Shown piece after piece: positions 6,894 through 17,100 of a stretch of DNA of 56,725 nucleotides. The notes beneath the pieces were generated by a model, which saw only the letters and a list, made by a program, of their open reading frames with translations, was not told the DNA's origin and did no database searches. How positions within the stretch are numbered: the first letter of the stretch is position 1; each line of letters starts with the position of its first letter. The position numbers and the translations under genes are program-made. The DNA comes from a virus (lineage: Duplodnaviria > Caudoviricetes), in the IMG/VR virus record IMGVR_UViG_3300020468_000008, positions 1-56,725 of that record; one strand, written 5' to 3'.

Positions 6894-8916
6894 TTTAACT
6901 TCGACATTCAAAAGCGAAACACAAGAAGACGGTTCTGTAATGGTTCGTGGAATGGCAAGTACAAAAGATTTTGATCGTGTTGGCGACAGTATTATGTCTG
7001 AAGCATGGACAAAAGGGGGTCTTGGAAATTTTGAAAAAAATCCCATAATTTTATTTAATCACGATTACAATAAGCCGATTGGACGAGCAACAAAAGTTAC
7101 TCCGACAGCGGACGGCTTGCATATGGAGGCAAAAATTAGTAAACATGCCGAGTGTGCAGATTTAATCAAAGATGGTGTCCTTGGAGCGTTTTCTGTCGGT
7201 TTCAAAGTCAAGGATGCTGATTACCTTGAGGAAACCGATGGATTACAGATAAAGGACGCTGAATTGTTCGAAGTATCAGTTGTATCGGTACCTTGTAACC
7301 AAGCAGCAACTTTTTCTCTGGCGAAGTCATTCGACTCCCCACAGGATTACGAAGACTTTAAGAAAACTTTTAAAAGCGAGGAAGATTCCTCTTCAATGGA
7401 GACAGATATGTCGGAAGAAACAAAAACTCCCGAAGTCGACTTGGAAGCTTTTGCTAAAAAAGTAGCAGAGGAGACTGCTGCTAAAATTGCAATGAAGCAA
7501 GCCGAGCAAAAAGCCGCGGAAGCTGAAGCTGCAAAAGCAGCCGAAGAAGTCGAAGCGCAAAAAGCAACTGATGAAGCTGATGCTCAAAAAGCTGCTCAAG
7601 AGCAGCAAGAGAAAGTTCAGTCAGTAATTAAAACTGGTATTGAAACTGGGGCTGAGCGCCTTATGGAAGACCTCCGTAAAGAGTTCGAAGCAGATCAAGC
7701 CAATACTCAAGAAATTCTTGCTAAGTACAAGAAGGAGCTTGAAGAGAAAGGCGAAGAAATTCAAGCCATTCAAAACAGCAAAAAGCAATTTGCTGATCGT
7801 GGTCGAGCAGATTCTCTTGTAAAAGAAGGTGCTCAAGATCTACTTGATACTAAAATCTTCAACACTCTTACCCGAAAAGGTTGGGATAGCGGACGTTCTG
7901 CAGAAGTATTTCAAAAGTACGGCGCAGATATCGATGCTCTTGCTAACTCCGGTGCAGGTGCAAACTTGCAGGGTGTTAAACTCGATCTCATCGTAGAAAC
8001 TCAATTTGAGAAGGAGCTTCAGCAAGAACTTCGTGCTGCTTCTTTCTTCCGTGAGATTCCAGTTCAAACCAAGCAGACCATTCTACCCATCATGCCAGAT
8101 TCTGTAGCTGCTACATTTAATAGTGGTTCAGAGTCGGACGAGTCTAACACTCCTGCAAATCTGAATGATAATACTCGTGGTACTGCCGCAACAAATAATA
8201 AGTTCTCTACTGGTCAAAAAGTTCTTATCGCTGGTCGATTGAGCTCTACAACCTATATCGACAATGATACTGACGAACTTACTCTTGTTGCCCTGCTTCC
8301 CATGATTCGAGAAGCAATGGTACGCGCTCATGCTCGCGCACTTGATACTATGGTATTAAGTGGAACTGCTGCTTCTGGCGGCGCGGCTGAGTTTGGTGTA
8401 CTTGATAAGGACTCAGGAACTTCTCAAACTGTAACTGGCGGTAACGCTGCTACTGATACAGAGAAGCTTGTAGGTGATGATATTCTTGCTGCTCGAGCAG
8501 CTATGAAGAAGTATGGTATGAACCCTCAGGATCTTGTTCTGATTTGTTCTTACAGCGCTTACAATGATCTTCTTCAAGAGCCCGGGTTCCAAGATATCAC
8601 TGATGTAGGCTCTGATCTTGCAACTAAGCTCAGTGGCGTAATGGGTTCAATCTTTGCAACTCCTATTGTTGTAACTGATCACTCTGCCTCTACTGGTCTT
8701 CCTGCGGTTCGCGGTTCTGCAAGTGACTGTGCTGTTCTTGTTAACCACAGAAACTTCGTTATTCCTCGACTCCGTGGTGTTTCGATCGAAAGTGAGTACC
8801 AAATTGGTAATCAGCGCAATGCACTTGTTGCTAGTCAATCTCTTGGCTTCGAGCAACTGGTTGAAGGACATGCCAATACTGGCTTTGCTTCAGTCGTTTT
8901 TGCATACGCAGCTTAA
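6874..8916 (+). CDS. fused prohead protease + delta/scaffold domain + major capsid protein (HK97 fold)
   Basis: Protease motifs ILFNHD..PIG, AFSVGF, LFEVSVVSVPCN; Ala/Glu/Lys coiled coil; capsid-like C-terminal half; followed by terminator. Confidence 0.9.
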   Translation: MIQKTFNLTSTFKSETQEDGSVMVRGMASTKDFDRVGDSIMSEAWTKGGLGNFEKNPIILFNHDYNKPIGRATKVTPTADGLHMEAKISKHAECADLIKDGVLGAFSVGFKVKDADYLEETDGLQIKDAELFEVSVVSVPCNQAATFSLAKSFDSPQDYEDFKKTFKSEEDSSSMETDMSEETKTPEVDLEAFAKKVAEETAAKIAMKQAEQKAAEAEAAKAAEEVEAQKATDEADAQKAAQEQQEKVQSVIKTGIETGAERLMEDLRKEFEADQANTQEILAKYKKELEEKGEEIQAIQNSKKQFADRGRADSLVKEGAQDLLDTKIFNTLTRKGWDSGRSAEVFQKYGADIDALANSGAGANLQGVKLDLIVETQFEKELQQELRAASFFREIPVQTKQTILPIMPDSVAATFNSGSESDESNTPANLNDNTRGTAATNNKFSTGQKVLIAGRLSSTTYIDNDTDELTLVALLPMIREAMVRAHARALDTMVLSGTAASGGAAEFGVLDKDSGTSQTVTGGNAATDTEKLVGDDILAARAAMKKYGMNPQDLVLICSYSAYNDLLQEPGFQDITDVGSDLATKLSGVMGSIFATPIVVTDHSASTGLPAVRGSASDCAVLVNHRNFVIPRLRGVSIESEYQIGNQRNALVASQSLGFEQLVEGHANTGFASVVFAYAA

Positions 8917-8926
8917 TACCTGTTAT

Positions 8927-8957
8927 AAACTGGGGTGGTTCGCCGCCCCAAGTTTTT
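8927..8957 (+). terminator. rho-independent terminator after the capsid gene
   Basis: TGGGGTGG-TTCG-CCGCCCCA stem-loop followed by AGTTTTT. Confidence 0.8.
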
Positions 8958-8968
8958 ACTAATTGACT

Positions 8969-9541
8969 ATGGCTAATCTAATTACTTTACAGCAATTTAA
9001 AGACGCGGAAGGAATTACGAACCCTCGTGATGACTATAAGCTCAGCCGTATTATTGATTCTGTTAGCCAATTAGTAAAAACTTATTGTGGTAATAGTTTT
9101 GTAGACTTTTTTAGCGTAGATAAGGTTGAAAAATTTACATTGAACTGGTCTACTCATGCTTTACAGTTAACAGAAAGTCCTGTCAATTCCATTTCTGGAG
9201 TTGAAAAAAGAGCTTCTATGGCTTCAAGCTATGAGACTGTTACTTCTGCAAATTATTATTTGGAAGAAACGACCGACACCCTTTATTATGTAGATGGTGC
9301 TCGATATCAGGCTTGGCCAACTGGTCCCGGGTCTGTAAAAGTTAGTTACAAAGCAGGATATACTACTATTCCTGCAGATTTAAATATAGCAGTTATTGAC
9401 TTGATAAATTATTATTTTAAAGACGAGCACAAAGCTCGAAGAACTCTACAAGGAGCAACAATGGAAAATGCTCCAAGTGGCGATGGAAAAGGATTCCCAG
9501 ATCACATAAAAAGAGTTCTAGATATGTATAAAAATTTCTAA
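8969..9541 (+). CDS. head completion / head-tail adaptor
   Basis: LITLQQFK...VKTYCG...VKVSYKAGY..IPADL...FPDHIKRVLDMY; position after capsid gene. Confidence 0.85.
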   Translation: MANLITLQQFKDAEGITNPRDDYKLSRIIDSVSQLVKTYCGNSFVDFFSVDKVEKFTLNWSTHALQLTESPVNSISGVEKRASMASSYETVTSANYYLEETTDTLYYVDGARYQAWPTGPGSVKVSYKAGYTTIPADLNIAVIDLINYYFKDEHKARRTLQGATMENAPSGDGKGFPDHIKRVLDMYKNF

Positions 9542-10968
9542 TGGCCAAAAAAGATATAGACGAATTAGCAGCTTTATTTGAAGCTCAACTTCTAAAAACT
9601 TCCGAGGTATATAGAGCGGAAGTTTCTGATTATTTACCGCATGAAATTCATATAAGTATAAATAGTGTTAAAGCAGAGACAAGAACACAGCTTAGAAAGA
9701 TATTTCAAATTAAAGGTAGAAAAGCTCTCCCAAAGAAGTATGAAAACGTAATAAAAAGAGAAGTGCCTAAATTATGTGCTTATTTATATAATACTTTTAA
9801 TCCTGATAACTGGAAAGGAAAAGGTTATGTTGTAAGTGATTTGATAGGAACAAAAAAAGATTTTACTTTTTTACTTGCAGCAAAACCCGGAACAAGAGCA
9901 AACGTTTTTAGCAGGTTTCGCAAGGCAAAGCAAGAAGCTCAAAAAGGGTTGATAGATGCCTTAGATGCTGTAATGAAGGAAGATGGTGGTGCTGAAGGTA
10001 AAAGACTCAAAGAGGTAAAAAAGTATAAAGGTAAAGATGTAATAAATGATATTACAAAAGAACCTGTTATGATTCGTTCTTCTTTCCTAGCAATAGGACA
10101 CGCAGATACAAAAGCAGTCGCTACTCAAAGAGCTTTAAAATCTCAACAAATTTATTCAGAGTGGTTTAATCATAGTGGTCGAAGTGAAAAAGTAAAAGAG
10201 CTTATGACTAATACTTTTGGAAATCAATTTGTACAAGTAAATAAAGTCCCAGGCAAGGGAGAAGTAATCACAACAGTAGAAGTAAGTTTAGAATCAGATT
10301 TAGGAAACAAAGCAAAAGCAGCATCAGATTCAAAACGGGCAGGACATTTACAGGAAAAACTCGAACAATTAGCTAAACTTAAGAGCTCTAAAGAATATGC
10401 AGAATTAGAAGGATCTGATAGTCCTATAGCCGTTGTAGAAAAAAGAATGTTAAACCAATTGCGAGATATAAGCAAGGGAAGACGTGCATCAACTAATATT
10501 CGCAAACAAAAAATTAATAATTCAAAAACAAAAGGAGCTTCTAAAAAGTCTTCTGCCAAACAAAAAACGTCTTCTAAATTTATAGATAAAGGAGTAAAAA
10601 TTGGTGGAGCTGCAAAAGGACCAAAAAAAGCAGCTCGTGAAAATAAATCATCGCTTCCAAATGTTGTACAGTTAGTAGGTTTTTTAAATGAAAAATTGCC
10701 CGGGGCTGTAGAAAGAAATATGTCTCCTCCTAGATTACAAAGTAGAACAGGAAGGTTTGCAGCATCTACAAAAATTATAGATGTTTTAGCCACCCCAAAA
10801 GGACTTCCAAGTATTGGATATACATATCAAAAAAATCCTTATCAAACATTTGAAGTTGGATATAAACGAGGAGATTCTGAAAGAGATCCCCGTAAGCTAA
10901 TTGATCAGTCAATTCGAGAGATAATGGCTCAATTCGCAATAGGAAGATTTTATACTAGGAGAGTGTAA
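9541..10968 (+). CDS. tail completion protein (T5 p143-like C-terminus) with long basic N-terminal extension
   Basis: C-terminal LQSRTGRFA...YTY..NPYQTFE...RDPRKLI; position between head completion and tail terminator. Confidence 0.6.
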   Translation: MAKKDIDELAALFEAQLLKTSEVYRAEVSDYLPHEIHISINSVKAETRTQLRKIFQIKGRKALPKKYENVIKREVPKLCAYLYNTFNPDNWKGKGYVVSDLIGTKKDFTFLLAAKPGTRANVFSRFRKAKQEAQKGLIDALDAVMKEDGGAEGKRLKEVKKYKGKDVINDITKEPVMIRSSFLAIGHADTKAVATQRALKSQQIYSEWFNHSGRSEKVKELMTNTFGNQFVQVNKVPGKGEVITTVEVSLESDLGNKAKAASDSKRAGHLQEKLEQLAKLKSSKEYAELEGSDSPIAVVEKRMLNQLRDISKGRRASTNIRKQKINNSKTKGASKKSSAKQKTSSKFIDKGVKIGGAAKGPKKAARENKSSLPNVVQLVGFLNEKLPGAVERNMSPPRLQSRTGRFAASTKIIDVLATPKGLPSIGYTYQKNPYQTFEVGYKRGDSERDPRKLIDQSIREIMAQFAIGRFYTRRV

Positions 10969-11426
10969 TGTCTATAACAGCTAGAACTTATACTTCTCGA
11001 AGAGCTTCAATTGTAGATGCTTTAGTTGCAGAATTAAAAAAGATAAATCAAACAGGTAGTTTTTTGAGTGATGTATATGATAATGTACATCCTCGTTTAA
11101 AATTTTGGGACGAAGTAGACACCTTTCCTGCTATACATTTAAATGCAGGTTCAGAAACAAGAGAATACCAAGGAGCAGGTTATAAAGACAGATTTTTAAA
11201 TATTACAGTTCGTTGCTATGTAAAAGAAACGGACGCAGTAATCGCACTCGATAAGCTACTAGAAGATATCGAAACAGTCATCGAGGGAAATGGAAGATTA
11301 GCCTATGTAGATAGGCAAGGAGTAACACAAACAACTCACGATATTATTATAGTCAGTATTGATACTGACGAAGGCGTTCTTGAACCGTTCGGTGTAGCAG
11401 AGCTACAGCTCTCGGTTCATTACTAG
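10968..11426 (+). CDS. tail terminator protein (T5 p142-like)
   Basis: Size, acidic C-terminus SIDTDEGVLEPFGVAE, position before tail tube. Confidence 0.75.
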   Translation: MSITARTYTSRRASIVDALVAELKKINQTGSFLSDVYDNVHPRLKFWDEVDTFPAIHLNAGSETREYQGAGYKDRFLNITVRCYVKETDAVIALDKLLEDIETVIEGNGRLAYVDRQGVTQTTHDIIIVSIDTDEGVLEPFGVAELQLSVHY

Positions 11427-11467
11427 AAACGGCAGGCACGAGCAAAGGCTCACGTCCTAGCCCTTTC
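11426..11467 (+). promoter_or_regulatory. long imperfect RNA hairpin in the tail-tube leader
   Basis: GAAA-C-GGC-AGG-C-AC-GAGC-AAAG-GCTC-AC-GT-CCT-A-GCC-C-TTTC; GC-rich in an AT-rich genome; ends just before RBS AAGGAG. Confidence 0.55.
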
Positions 11468-11487
11468 AATCTCAAGGAGATAATGCT

Positions 11488-13134
11488 ATGGCAGAACAAT
11501 TATATTTTAGCAGAGACTCGAAACTGTACTTGGAATTTGATTCTCAAGTATGGGAAATTCCTGTGTTGGACGGTTTCAGTTTCTCCCAGGCTACAAACCA
11601 ATCGGAGATCTCTCTTTCAGAAATGCAAGGTTCCGATGGTTTGAGTCGACGAGGTAACAGAGTGTTTACAGACTCTCTGGCACCCGCAGAATTTTCATTC
11701 AGCAGCTATGTAAGACCTTACACAAAAAGCTCAGGAAATGAGCATCACGCAGTAGAAGAAGCACTCTGGGCAGTAATGGCAGGTGCGGATCAACATTTAA
11801 TTGGTACTACTGGAGGGGGTCTTGTAACAACAGGATTAACTGTTGGCGGAAACCTTTCCAATGCGCTAGTTAAAACTTATACAATTGATGATACAACTCC
11901 CGGAATTACTTATTCTTCTGGCGGCACAGCCGGTGAAGGTTGGGAAATTGATATTATTGTAGCTTCGGGCGGTGCTGTAGGTAATACTACTGTTGACGTA
12001 AAATCAGCAGGACAAGGCTTCGCAGCAGGCAATGTTATTAATGTTCCTACTAGTGTATTTAGCTCCGCGTCTGGACAAACTGTAGCTGGAAACATTACAC
12101 TTACTGTGGGTTCTAGTGCCAGCCACTTAACTGCAACGGGTGCAAGTTTTTATCGCGGAACAGATGCAGATACTAATTCAAGTTTTGGCCCTGCGGTAAT
12201 GATTCCTTCTGACGCAACAACCGGCTCTACAATTAACTTTGGACAGTCAAACCGTGCGGTACTTGGTACTTGTAACCTTTATTTTGTAATGGAAACTTCC
12301 TCTACAAATCCAATGGTATATAAACTAGAAAGTGCTGCAATTAATGAAGCATCAATTGACTTTGAAGTAGACGGTATTGCAACAATTAACTGGTCTGGCT
12401 TTGCAAAGCAAGTTAAAGACTTCCAGAGTTCTAGTACTGCAGGCTCAAGTGTTACTGTTCAAGGAGGCAAAACTATATCAGGAAATTCTTCTACTGGTAG
12501 TGCTTTTGCCGCCGGAGATGTAGTTCTTGATGAGAATGACGGCTTAAAGTTAGGCGTATGTACATCTTCAAGCGCCGCCGCTTTTGCAACCGATACAGGT
12601 GTAAATGCTACTACTACCTTTATTCGAAATCGATTGACTCAGCTTCTTGTAGTTGGTACGGATGCTAATGCATTCCCTTCAGGTACTTATAATCTTACTT
12701 TGACAGGTGGAAATATTACTATTTCAAACAATATTTCATACCTTGTACCAGAAGAACTCGGTGCTGTTAACGTTCCAATCGAGCACGTAACGGGTGGGCG
12801 CACAACATCCGGTAGTTTTACTTGTTATCTAACTCTGGATACTGATCCAGGAAATAATGGAACTTCTGTAGAACTCTTTAATGACATGACTACTACAGGA
12901 AAAGGCTTGGATAAAGTTGTAAACGACTTTGATGTAACATTCCAAATTGGTGGTAACGTTGCAGGTACTCCTCGTCTTGAGGTTAAAGTACCTAAGTGTC
13001 ATATTGACGTGCCTACTCACTCAATTGAAGATGTTATTTCTGTTGAAACAAACTTTGCTGCGTACACAACTGAGTTCAATATTGCAGACGAAGTACGTCT
13101 TGCTTATCATGGAGATACTTCTAACAAGTTGTAA
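11488..13134 (+). CDS. major tail tube protein (T5 pb6-like) with internal insertions
   Basis: IPVLDGFSFSQAT, LAPAEFSFSSYVRP, IDFEVDGIATINWSG, TGGNITISNNISYL; strong RBS; terminator downstream. Confidence 0.9.
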   Translation: MAEQLYFSRDSKLYLEFDSQVWEIPVLDGFSFSQATNQSEISLSEMQGSDGLSRRGNRVFTDSLAPAEFSFSSYVRPYTKSSGNEHHAVEEALWAVMAGADQHLIGTTGGGLVTTGLTVGGNLSNALVKTYTIDDTTPGITYSSGGTAGEGWEIDIIVASGGAVGNTTVDVKSAGQGFAAGNVINVPTSVFSSASGQTVAGNITLTVGSSASHLTATGASFYRGTDADTNSSFGPAVMIPSDATTGSTINFGQSNRAVLGTCNLYFVMETSSTNPMVYKLESAAINEASIDFEVDGIATINWSGFAKQVKDFQSSSTAGSSVTVQGGKTISGNSSTGSAFAAGDVVLDENDGLKLGVCTSSSAAAFATDTGVNATTTFIRNRLTQLLVVGTDANAFPSGTYNLTLTGGNITISNNISYLVPEELGAVNVPIEHVTGGRTTSGSFTCYLTLDTDPGNNGTSVELFNDMTTTGKGLDKVVNDFDVTFQIGGNVAGTPRLEVKVPKCHIDVPTHSIEDVISVETNFAAYTTEFNIADEVRLAYHGDTSNKL

Positions 13135-13150
13135 TTTTTATACTCTCATT

Positions 13151-13175
13151 AAAACCCGCTTCGGCGGGTTTTTTC
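13151..13175 (+). terminator. rho-independent terminator
   Basis: AAAACCCGC-TTCG-GCGGGTTTTTT. Confidence 0.9.
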
Positions 13176-13186
13176 TTTTATGTAAC

Positions 13187-13226
13187 AAAAATAATTCTTG
13201 ACTTTTTAGCTCCTCTCCCTTATAAT
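13187..13226 (+). promoter_or_regulatory. sigma70-type promoter for the tail assembly operon
   Basis: AAAAATAA upstream, TTGACT 13198-13203, 17 bp, TATAAT 13221-13226. Confidence 0.85.
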
Positions 13227-13265
13227 TACAAAATATAAATTTTCATTTAATAAAAGGAACCATAT

Positions 13266-13697
13266 ATGTCTGATTCACCTATCTCACTCGCAAGTCTAAT
13301 GACTGCAAGCAAAACCGTCGCTATTGACTTTCCTGGCTATAATGGAATGACAGTTTCTCTCTGCTATCTAGGACGAGAAGAACTAGTTAAACTTCGAAAG
13401 CGCTGTGTATCAACTAAATTTGATAGAAAAACACGGCAGCCAGAAGAAACTCTTGACGAAGAAAAATTTATTGTTGAATACTGCAAAGCCGTCATAAAAG
13501 GCTGGTCAGGTTTCAAGTATCGTTACCTAGAAGAGCTTCTTTTGGTAGATATATCAAACCTCGATGCTGAAGATGATCTTCCATATACTCAGGATAATGC
13601 CGAATTGTTGATGAAAAACTCAAATACATTTGACACTTGGGTTACGGAGGCAGTTGGAGACCTCGAAAATTTTACTGGGAACAACTTACCCGAATAG
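13266..13697 (+). CDS. tail assembly chaperone (gpG-like)
   Basis: Position between tail tube and tape measure; VIKGWSGF motif. Confidence 0.8.
   Translation: MSDSPISLASLMTASKTVAIDFPGYNGMTVSLCYLGREELVKLRKRCVSTKFDRKTRQPEETLDEEKFIVEYCKAVIKGWSGFKYRYLEELLLVDISNLDAEDDLPYTQDNAELLMKNSNTFDTWVTEAVGDLENFTGNNLPE
13667..13673 (+). promoter_or_regulatory. -1 ribosomal frameshift slippery site
   Basis: A-AAT-TTT (X XXY YYZ) in frame near the end of the first chaperone; the downstream ORF is in the -1 frame. Confidence 0.65.
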
Positions 13698-14101
13698 AGT
13701 CTCTGCTAGAAAGATCTATTCGGGAAGCAGACTCTAAGTTCGATGTAGAGAAATATCTTCTCGTCTGCGAACAATTAGGACAAGATCCCGACCCCACCAA
13801 AATGCCGCTCGAATCTTCGGATTTTCCCGAAGAAGTTCAAGTGGCATTTTTTATGTTTAGCTTATTACCAGATCACTGGGAAGGAATGAGTGGAACATAT
13901 ATGGGAAAATACTGGGATGGTATTGAATACTTTTTTAACCTGTATGAAGTTTCAGATAGAAAAACTGTTCTTTTTATTATGAAAAAATATGAAAGTCTTC
14001 TTGTATCGTATAGAGCAGAACAAGCAGACAGAAAACGAAAAGCACAAGAGCGCAAAACAAAAAGCGGTGGAAAAAACTACACCCATAATGTAAAAGGCTA
14101 A
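13670..14101 (+). CDS. tail assembly chaperone extension (gpT-like, made by frameshift)
   Basis: Track ORF 13637..14101 has a poor TTG start, overlaps the previous gene in -1 frame and abuts the tape measure gene. Confidence 0.7.
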   Translation, partial: FYWEQLTRIESLLERSIREADSKFDVEKYLLVCEQLGQDPDPTKMPLESSDFPEEVQVAFFMFSLLPDHWEGMSGTYMGKYWDGIEYFFNLYEVSDRKTVLFIMKKYESLLVSYRAEQADRKRKAQERKTKSGGKNYTHNVKG

Positions 14102-17100
14102 TGGCAAAGAAAATTGAAATCGACATTGTAGTTAATGGAAAAATGCAGAAAGCTACTGTGTCTGCAAAAAAACTACGCTCTGCCTTGGATGGAGTAGATG
14201 GTTCTACCCAAAGTACTGATAGAAGTACTCGTACCCTTGATCGAAATTTAAAAGGCGCTGCTAAAACTACGTCAAATAGTACAAAAGAATTTTCTAAAAT
14301 GTCTCAAGGAATGGGTGGCTTGGTTGGTGCTTACGCGACTGTTGCTGCAAGTGTCTTTGCTCTCTCTGCTGCTTTTGAGTTCTTAAAAAATGCGGCAGAT
14401 ATGGCAGCTCTTATAAGAGGACAAGAATTACTTTCTTCTAGTACTGGGGTCTCAATGAAGTTGATGACCTCAAACATTCAAGATGCCACGGCGGGAATGG
14501 TTGCATTTAAAGAAGCAGCCCAAGCTGCAGCAATTGGTCAGGCCGCAGGATTAAATGCAGATCAGCTAGAAAGACTTGGTAGAGTTGCAAAAAATGCTGG
14601 TACAATTCTTGGTAGAGATGTTACTGATTCATTTAATCGACTTACTCGTGGTGCAATCAAAGCAGAACCAGAACTACTTGATGAATTAGGTATTATTATT
14701 CGTTTGGAGAGAGCAACTGCTGATTATGCTGATGCTATAAATAAAAATGTAAAAGACTTAACACAATTTGAGAAAACTCAAGCTGTAGTAAATGCAGTAC
14801 TAGACCAAGGTGAGGCTAAATTTCAAGATGTTGGTGATGCTGTAAATAATGTTACTCAGTTTGGCGCCGCATTTAGAGACACATTTAAAGAATTATCTGA
14901 GCCCATAGCTTTTGTAGCTAATTTTATAGCAGGAGCATTTAAAGACAATATAATGGCTGTAGGCGCAGTAATGGGAATTCTTGGTCTTAATATTATAAAA
15001 GCTGTTGCCCCTGCAGGGCCTATGTTAATGAATACTGCGAAAGAAGGAGCAGCAGCAAGAAAGAGATTAATGAAAGCTGCAGAGACTCAACATGGTAGTG
15101 AAATAGCAGGAGAGGTAAAAAAAGGACGATTTACAAAACAAATTTTAAAAGAAATAGAAATAGATGCCAGGAAAAAGACTGGAAAAATTATAAATATGTC
15201 AAAAATGGAAACACAAGCAATACTGGCAGATTTAGCACAAATAAAAGCTCAAACTATTCGAATGGAAGCAGCAGGTAAAAATGCTTTTATGAGAATGTTT
15301 GCTTCTTGGCATGCACAACTCGCTTTCTTTGTAGTTCAGTACGGCGTAGCTATGGGCACACTAAAAGCATTGACTATGGCGGTAATGGCGGTAATTAATA
15401 AACTAATAGGCGCTATCGCAATAGCAGGTCTTATTGTAATGGTAGTAGAGCTGGGTAAACAGTTTCGAAAAACTTTTTTAATTACAGAACAATTAAAAGA
15501 CGCAGAAGAAAGTACAGAGAGTTTAACAAAAAAGTTTGAAAAACAACGAGATGCTATTGTTGAAGTAAATGCCAGTTTTGTAGAAACAGATAATGTTTTA
15601 ACAAATATAAATAGATCAATGAGTTTACTTTCGAATATAAATCTAACTCCTTTAATTACTCATACAAATAAATTTGGCGATGCTATAGAAAGACTTTCTT
15701 ACGTTGAAGAACAAAGAGCAAAAATGCGAGAAAAAGCTGGAAGAGACCAAATAGCTAATATTGGGGACGCAGGAGAACTTCTTGGTGGAACTACAGCTCA
15801 GGCAGGTAGGCGTACTAGAGATTTTCAAGTTTATATGCCACAAACTGCAGCGTTGAGAGAAGACGAATCTTTCGGTAAGCGTGCCATAAAAACTATGGCG
15901 GACCTTAATCAAGAAACAGTAGCAACTAGTGCGGCTCTTAGAGCACAAACAAAACAGATGATCGAAAATATCGATAAAGGCCTGAGCCCTTTGCAAGCAG
16001 GTATTGAAAGAGCAAGAATTCAGTATGAGCAGATGAACAGTCCTTTGGCTAAACACGCTAAACGTCTTGAGATTATTGCAGATAAAAGTAATGCACTTGC
16101 AATATCTACAACAGACGTTGGAAAACAAAATATGGCCTATGCAAAAGGCCTTGAAAGTTCCATTCCTCATTTAAGAAAGACACTAGAATTAATTGGAAAT
16201 ACAGGACTAGCAACAGATGCTAGTGAGGAAGCAATTAATAAGCTAGCGGACGACATAGCAAATTATCAAGCTCTTCTAGATGGTTTTGATGTAGACGCAG
16301 CACAAGAAGCCGGGCGAAAGTTACAAGAGTCTTTACTCGAACAAGTAAAAGCTATGCAAAAAACACAAGGAGAAGCTGCTCGTTTAGGAAATGCTTATGA
16401 TGCAATAACAAAAGCAGCATTAGCTTTTGGAGAGGCTTCTAGAAATTTTGTGCCAAAAAGTAGTAATTTTCAAGGGTTTTTTAGTGCTCTAGATGAAATA
16501 GATAGAAATTTAAATAATATAAATACTACATTTGAAAAAGTGGCAAATACTCAGTTCGGAACTTTAGCAGGCGAGAAACAACCGTATGGCCCGGATGACA
16601 AAGAAATTGCAGCTATGAAAAGAGCTGCCAAGTTGACGGGCGACTTTACCGATGCACAATTTGATGCTCTTACTCCTGCCGAATTACAAAAAAGGCTACA
16701 GATATTCCGAAACGCTTTAGCAAATGAGCATAATATAATAGAAGATAAAGGATTAGAAATACAAATACAAAGAGTAGGACAAAAAGAAAAAGCTTTAAGT
16801 TTTGAAAGACAAGCCTTAAACGCACAATTTGCTGCAGAAGATGCTCAATTAAAAGTATATCAAATAGAAGCAGACTTACTTGTATTAAAGATGTCTCAAA
16901 CAGCGCAAGACGATATACAAAAGAAACAAACAGAAGACAAGTTAAGGCTGGCAAAAGAAGAGTATGAACTTACATTAAGACAGTTAATGTTGGAAGAAAG
17001 ACTAAAACCTTTAAGAGAAGCTATATTTAATGATCAAATGGCTGCAGACTTAGCTTCTGCCAATAAAGCACTAAACACAGAATTCTCAAAACAAATAAAG

